From assembly GCA_019058295.1 (NCBI GenBank), contig JAHPZI010000023.1, positions 12,766 to 76,765 on the forward strand: 64,000 bases of DNA. Direction: 5' to 3'. This DNA comes from Promethearchaeota archaeon (GTDB taxonomy: Archaea > Asgardarchaeota > Lokiarchaeia > Sigyniarchaeales > SOKP01). A program made the translations under genes and the position numbers. This document shows, in pieces, positions 59,561 through 64,000 of this stretch (its first letter is position 1; every line of letters begins with the position of its first letter). The notes under the pieces were generated by a model. The model had not been told where the DNA came from. It saw only the letters and a program-made list of their open reading frames with translations, and did not search any database.

Positions 59561-60328
59561 TTGAAATTGAACTCAAAAAATATTTTAATTACTGGTTCTG
59601 GCTCTGGCCTTGGCAGAGCAATGTCTATAAGATTGGCGTCTGAAGGGTATAATATCATTTTAAACGGAAGAACTGAAAGTAAATTGATTGAAACCCAGGA
59701 AATATTAAAAGAATATAATGTGAAGACTTTTATTAAGACTGGAGATGTCTCAGATTCTAAATTTGTAGAGTCTATGATTTCTGAAATAATTGACGACGTA
59801 GAATTACTTCATGCTGTTATCAATAACGCTGGAATTAGTGGGAAACCCGGCTCAATTCTTAGAATGGCTGAAGCAGAGGCACAAAAAATAATGGATATAA
59901 ATTTTAAAGGAACCTGGTTAGTATCGAAGTATTCTGGATTAGCAATGAAAAAACAAAGAAAATTAACGCCTCTTAGGGGAAAAATTATCAACGTTTCTTC
60001 CTTTGCTGGATTAGAACCAATGCCTAGCCTAGGCATGTATAGTTGTAGTAAAGCGGCAATAATATCACTTACAAAATCATTCGCAAAAGAATTAGCACCT
60101 GTAATAACTGCGAACGCAATATGCCCTGGTTATCATATTACACCAATATACAAAAATGATCCTAATTTAATTCAATCCATGTGGAATTCGATAAACATGA
60201 TTCCTTTATTAGAAAGAGTGGGAACAGCTGAAGATGTTACTGGTTTAATTTCTTACTTAGTTTCAGACGATTCAAATTATATGACCGGACAAATAATAAG
60301 TATATGTGGTGGAGTAATTCTACATTAA
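59561..60328 (+). CDS. Short-chain dehydrogenase/reductase
   Basis: TGSGSGLG, NNAG, SS, YSCSK, NAICPG. Confidence 0.93.
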   Translation: MKLNSKNILITGSGSGLGRAMSIRLASEGYNIILNGRTESKLIETQEILKEYNVKTFIKTGDVSDSKFVESMISEIIDDVELLHAVINNAGISGKPGSILRMAEAEAQKIMDINFKGTWLVSKYSGLAMKKQRKLTPLRGKIINVSSFAGLEPMPSLGMYSCSKAAIISLTKSFAKELAPVITANAICPGYHITPIYKNDPNLIQSMWNSINMIPLLERVGTAEDVTGLISYLVSDDSNYMTGQIISICGGVILH

Positions 60329-60357
60329 TGAATCCTAAATATTAATTATTTTTAGAA

Positions 60358-61332
60358 ATGGTAAAAATGAGTAAGAGATTAGATTATAGAAAAGGAGCAC
60401 GTGTTATTGTAGAAACATGTATGGGAATAAAACCTAATGAAAAGGTATTAATTATCACCTCACGAGGTTTTAAAAAAAATGCACTTCTTTTAGCTGAAGA
60501 AGCAGAGGGTTTAGGGGCAGAAGTAACTACACTTAATGTAGATGCAAATAAAGATATGCTAATAGAACCCCCCAAAGAGGTAAGTCAGAAAATGCTTAAA
60601 TCAAATGTAATTTTAGGGGTACTACCCTATAGTACGATACAACTATTTCTTCATATGAATGCAAGACGAGCAGCTACAGATGCAGGAGCAAGAGTAGGAG
60701 GTGTCCCCTACATTAACCCTAATATTACGAGCGAAGATGTTTATGAAATTACTGAATTAACGGAAAAATTATCAGAAATATTAACAAATGGGGAAGAAGC
60801 GAGAATTTATACCCACTTAGGTACTGATGTTGTATTATCTATAAAGGATAGGATTTCTGCTCCGTTAAGTGTTAGACATGTTGTTCCTGGAGCATGGGGG
60901 GCTGTGCCTGAATACTCAGAAGCGGCAATAGCTCCTGTTGAGGGGACAGCACAAGGCATATGGATAATAGATGTGTTTTTCGAAAAAGTTGGAGCTATTA
61001 AAACTCCCGTTAAGGTATTAATAAAAAATGGACGAGCTGTGAAAATTGAAGGTGCTGAAGAAGCAGATAAGATACGAGCCATTATCGAAGCGGCAGATGA
61101 GAATGGAACTAATATTGCAGAGTTGGGAATAGGGACTAATCACACCGTTAAGCATACAACTGGAACTGTGGGGGATAAAATGATGAAAGGTACAGCCCAT
61201 CTTGCTATTGGCAAAAATATTAATATTGGAGGTCAAACCTATAGCAATATACATCACGATGGAGTCATGGATAAAATTTCCATAGAAATTGATGGGAACT
61301 TAATTCAAAAAGAAGGGAAATTTCTTATATAA
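60358..61332 (+). CDS. M29 aminopeptidase-like metallopeptidase
   Basis: GTD, E...AP, IAELGIGTN, HLAIG.N, SNIH.D motifs. Confidence 0.8.
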   Translation: MVKMSKRLDYRKGARVIVETCMGIKPNEKVLIITSRGFKKNALLLAEEAEGLGAEVTTLNVDANKDMLIEPPKEVSQKMLKSNVILGVLPYSTIQLFLHMNARRAATDAGARVGGVPYINPNITSEDVYEITELTEKLSEILTNGEEARIYTHLGTDVVLSIKDRISAPLSVRHVVPGAWGAVPEYSEAAIAPVEGTAQGIWIIDVFFEKVGAIKTPVKVLIKNGRAVKIEGAEEADKIRAIIEAADENGTNIAELGIGTNHTVKHTTGTVGDKMMKGTAHLAIGKNINIGGQTYSNIHHDGVMDKISIEIDGNLIQKEGKFLI

Positions 61333-61514
61333 CACAATTGAAAAGTAAATATATCTTAAGTTGAAGTAAATTTTGTAATAAATTAAGATTAATATCTTAG
61401 AAAAAACTAGATCAATAAATATAAAAATTTAGGTTCGATATATTTTACAAAAGAATATAAAAACATAAATAAAATCTCTATCCATTCTTTTAATAAATTC
61501 TAAAACTCGATTTA

Positions 61515-63839
61515 ATGTCTAATCTACAAAATAATTCTGAAAATGTTATTGAAGATATAATTTTAAATACCAATGATAAAGAAGCTCAATCTAGAAAAAG
61601 AAAGGATTATATAGAGCCTGCTGTCTTTTGTTTAATCTTATTAGGTACATTTTTAACCTCTTTCTATAATTATCTTCTTTTCCATACCATTGCTGAACTA
61701 TTTAGTATTATTATTGCTGGCGGAATATTTGTAATAGCATGGAACAGCCGAAAAAATATAGATAATTCTTATTTTTTGGTTGTTGGCATTGCATTTATCT
61801 TTATTGGTTTTATAGATTTAATCCACACACTAGGATATACTGGAATGGGGATATTTATAGGATACGATTCAAATCTTCCAACATCATTATGGATAGCAGC
61901 TCGTTATCTTCAAGCCTTTTCTTATTTATATGCAATCTTAGTTGTTAATAAAAAAGTAAATCCAAATTATTTAATGATTATATATACAATTATTACTTCT
62001 CTATTGTTATTCTTAATTTTCAATGGGTTTTTTCCTGTCTGTTATATTGAAGGTTCAGGATTAACACCCTTTAAGATTATAAGTGAGTATATTATCATTT
62101 CCATTCTTTTTTTGACTATATGTATAATGTATAAATTTCGGAAAGAATTTAACAAAAAAATATTTATTTTTATCGTAGCTTCGATTGTTTTAACAATGAT
62201 TTCCGAATTGGCCTTCACTTTTTATGTAAGCACTTATGGTCTTTCTAACTTAATCGGACACATGTTTAAGATTATCGCATTCTTTCTCTTATACAAAGCT
62301 ATTATCGAAATCGGATTAGAAAAACCTTTTAATCTTTTATTTAGAAAATTAAAGCAGAGTGAAAGTTCGCTACTTGAAGAAAAAGAATTTACTGAAACTG
62401 CATTAAACTCACAGAGAGACACCTTCTTCATATTTGATCCATCAACTGGTAAAGCTATAAGATGGAATAAAGCATTTAGCCAAGTTAGTGGTTATAGTGA
62501 TGAAGAAATTTCTTCAATACCAGCACCAATTTCATATTATAACGAATATGATTTAAAAAAAGCAGCAGTAGCAATTGAAAATGTAAAAAAAGAAGGAAAA
62601 ACTGTAGTTGAAATGAACTTAATCACTAAAAATGGAAAAACTATCCCTTTTGAATATGTTGGAACATCTATAAATGATGAAGAAGGTAATCCTAAATATA
62701 TCCTTTCTATAGGGAGGGATATCACTGAACGGCAAAAGGCAGAACAAAAATTAGAGGAAAGTGAAGAACGATTCCGCTCTCTAGTCGAGACTACAAGCGA
62801 TTGGATATGGGAAGTGGATGAAAATGGAGTCTATATATATTCCAGTCCAAAAGTCATGGATCTATTGGGATACGCCCCGAAAGAAGTTATTGGCAAAACT
62901 CCCTTTAATCTAATGCCCTTAGATGAGGCGGAACGCGTTGGTAGAATCTTCCAATCCATTATTCTATCGCAAGAGCCTTTTGAAGGGCTTGAAAATACGA
63001 ATCAACATAAGGAGGGGCGAATAATAACGCTTGAATCCAGTGGAGTTCCAGTCTTTGGGAAAAATGGAAATTTAAGAGGTTATCGTGGCATCGACCGAGA
63101 TATAACCAAGCGCAAAAAAGCAGAACAAAAATTAGAGGAATTTGTTTCAACAGTTTCACATGAATTGCGTACGCCTATAACTGTATTGATTATGTCAATA
63201 GATTACTTAAAAAATCAAAAGGATAAGCTCACGCCAGAGGTTGAAGCAAAATTACTGGAAGGAATTTCTAGAAACATCACATCACTTAATGAATTGGTTG
63301 AAGATGTTCTCACCCTTTCAAAAATTGATGAAGAAAAATTAAAAATGGAATGGAAAGAATTCTATCCATTAGAAGTTATTCATGAAATTATAGACCTGAT
63401 GGAACCTCGTCTAAAGGCGAAAGAAATAAATATTGAGGTTGATATGCATGAAGGGATTCAAATATTTGGTTCTAAAAATATTATTGAAGAAATTTTTAAA
63501 ATATTAATCGATAATGCGATAAAGTATTCCCATGAAAATTCAAGGATTGAGATTAAAGCAATAGATAATTACAAATATATTATTGATTCTAAAGAAATTC
63601 TGGGAGTTCTGTTTCAATTCAAAGATTATGGAATAGGTATTCGTAAGGAAGATATACCATACTTATTTAAGCGGTTTTTTAGGTCAGAAGATGTAAAAAA
63701 TATTTCTGGAAGTGGATTAGGACTATCCATTGCAAAGGAGCTAACAAAATTTCATGATGGAAAAATATTTGTTGAGAGTGAGTACGGAAAAGGCTCTACT
63801 TTTTCTGTATTTTTTCATAGTAATAAAAATAAAGAATAA
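61515..63839 (+). CDS. Sensor histidine kinase (MASE3-type TM region, 2x PAS, HisKA, HATPase)
   Basis: YLLFHT.AE.FS (MASE3-like), two PAS domains ending RDIT, SHELRTP, DNAIKY, D.G.GI, GSGLGL.I, GSTF. Confidence 0.93.
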   Translation: MSNLQNNSENVIEDIILNTNDKEAQSRKRKDYIEPAVFCLILLGTFLTSFYNYLLFHTIAELFSIIIAGGIFVIAWNSRKNIDNSYFLVVGIAFIFIGFIDLIHTLGYTGMGIFIGYDSNLPTSLWIAARYLQAFSYLYAILVVNKKVNPNYLMIIYTIITSLLLFLIFNGFFPVCYIEGSGLTPFKIISEYIIISILFLTICIMYKFRKEFNKKIFIFIVASIVLTMISELAFTFYVSTYGLSNLIGHMFKIIAFFLLYKAIIEIGLEKPFNLLFRKLKQSESSLLEEKEFTETALNSQRDTFFIFDPSTGKAIRWNKAFSQVSGYSDEEISSIPAPISYYNEYDLKKAAVAIENVKKEGKTVVEMNLITKNGKTIPFEYVGTSINDEEGNPKYILSIGRDITERQKAEQKLEESEERFRSLVETTSDWIWEVDENGVYIYSSPKVMDLLGYAPKEVIGKTPFNLMPLDEAERVGRIFQSIILSQEPFEGLENTNQHKEGRIITLESSGVPVFGKNGNLRGYRGIDRDITKRKKAEQKLEEFVSTVSHELRTPITVLIMSIDYLKNQKDKLTPEVEAKLLEGISRNITSLNELVEDVLTLSKIDEEKLKMEWKEFYPLEVIHEIIDLMEPRLKAKEINIEVDMHEGIQIFGSKNIIEEIFKILIDNAIKYSHENSRIEIKAIDNYKYIIDSKEILGVLFQFKDYGIGIRKEDIPYLFKRFFRSEDVKNISGSGLGLSIAKELTKFHDGKIFVESEYGKGSTFSVFFHSNKNKE

Positions 63840-63900
63840 AAAAATATAAAAAAATAATTATCTACAAAAATATTTAATATTAGAAGAGAGTGACCTTAAT

Positions 63901-64000
63901 TTGAATCCGCTAATTCTAGTTGTGGAAGACAATGAAGATATTTTATTCAATTTAAAACTAATATTAGAATCCAATAATTACCAAGTGATTACTGCAAAAA
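63901..64000 (+). CDS. Response regulator receiver domain, 5' part; runs off the window end
   Basis: Not in the ORF track. The frame from TTG reads MNPLILVVEDNEDILFNLKLILESNNYQVITAK; directly follows the kinase. Confidence 0.88.
   Translation, partial: MNPLILVVEDNEDILFNLKLILESNNYQVITAK

Overview
AT-rich archaeal chromosomal segment, most likely Asgard (Lokiarchaeia-like). The assignment is inferred from TFB paralogs, GGTGA-type ribosome-binding sites, many TTG/GTG starts, an LRR protein, F420-linked enzymes and a C-terminally anchored surface protein with an acidic linker. About 50 CDS are present; I found no rRNA, tRNA, CRISPR array or transposase. Most genes are metabolic: AOR, DUF362 proteins, 3-hydroxyacyl-CoA dehydrogenases, BKACE, LutAB, a four-subunit 2-oxoacid:ferredoxin oxidoreductase, an FrhB-PyrK fusion, RidA and a histidine kinase/receiver pair. 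The best candidate for an undescribed system is the four-gene locus at 19437-24059. It holds two divergently transcribed, paralogous ParM/StbA-type actins: one has all ATPase motifs intact, the other has lost its phosphate-2 and adenosine motifs and apparently starts at ATT. The degenerate actin is translationally coupled to a hairpin/Pro-rich/UEV-like/helical protein. The intact actin is followed by an alpha-SNAP/TPR-like protein with repeated LD-like amphipathic motifs. A second highlight is a tandem pair of SERCA-like P-type ATPases with PINL/PINI instead of PEGL in TM4 and His instead of Asp in TM6. All domain calls were made by eye from motifs, with no database searches.
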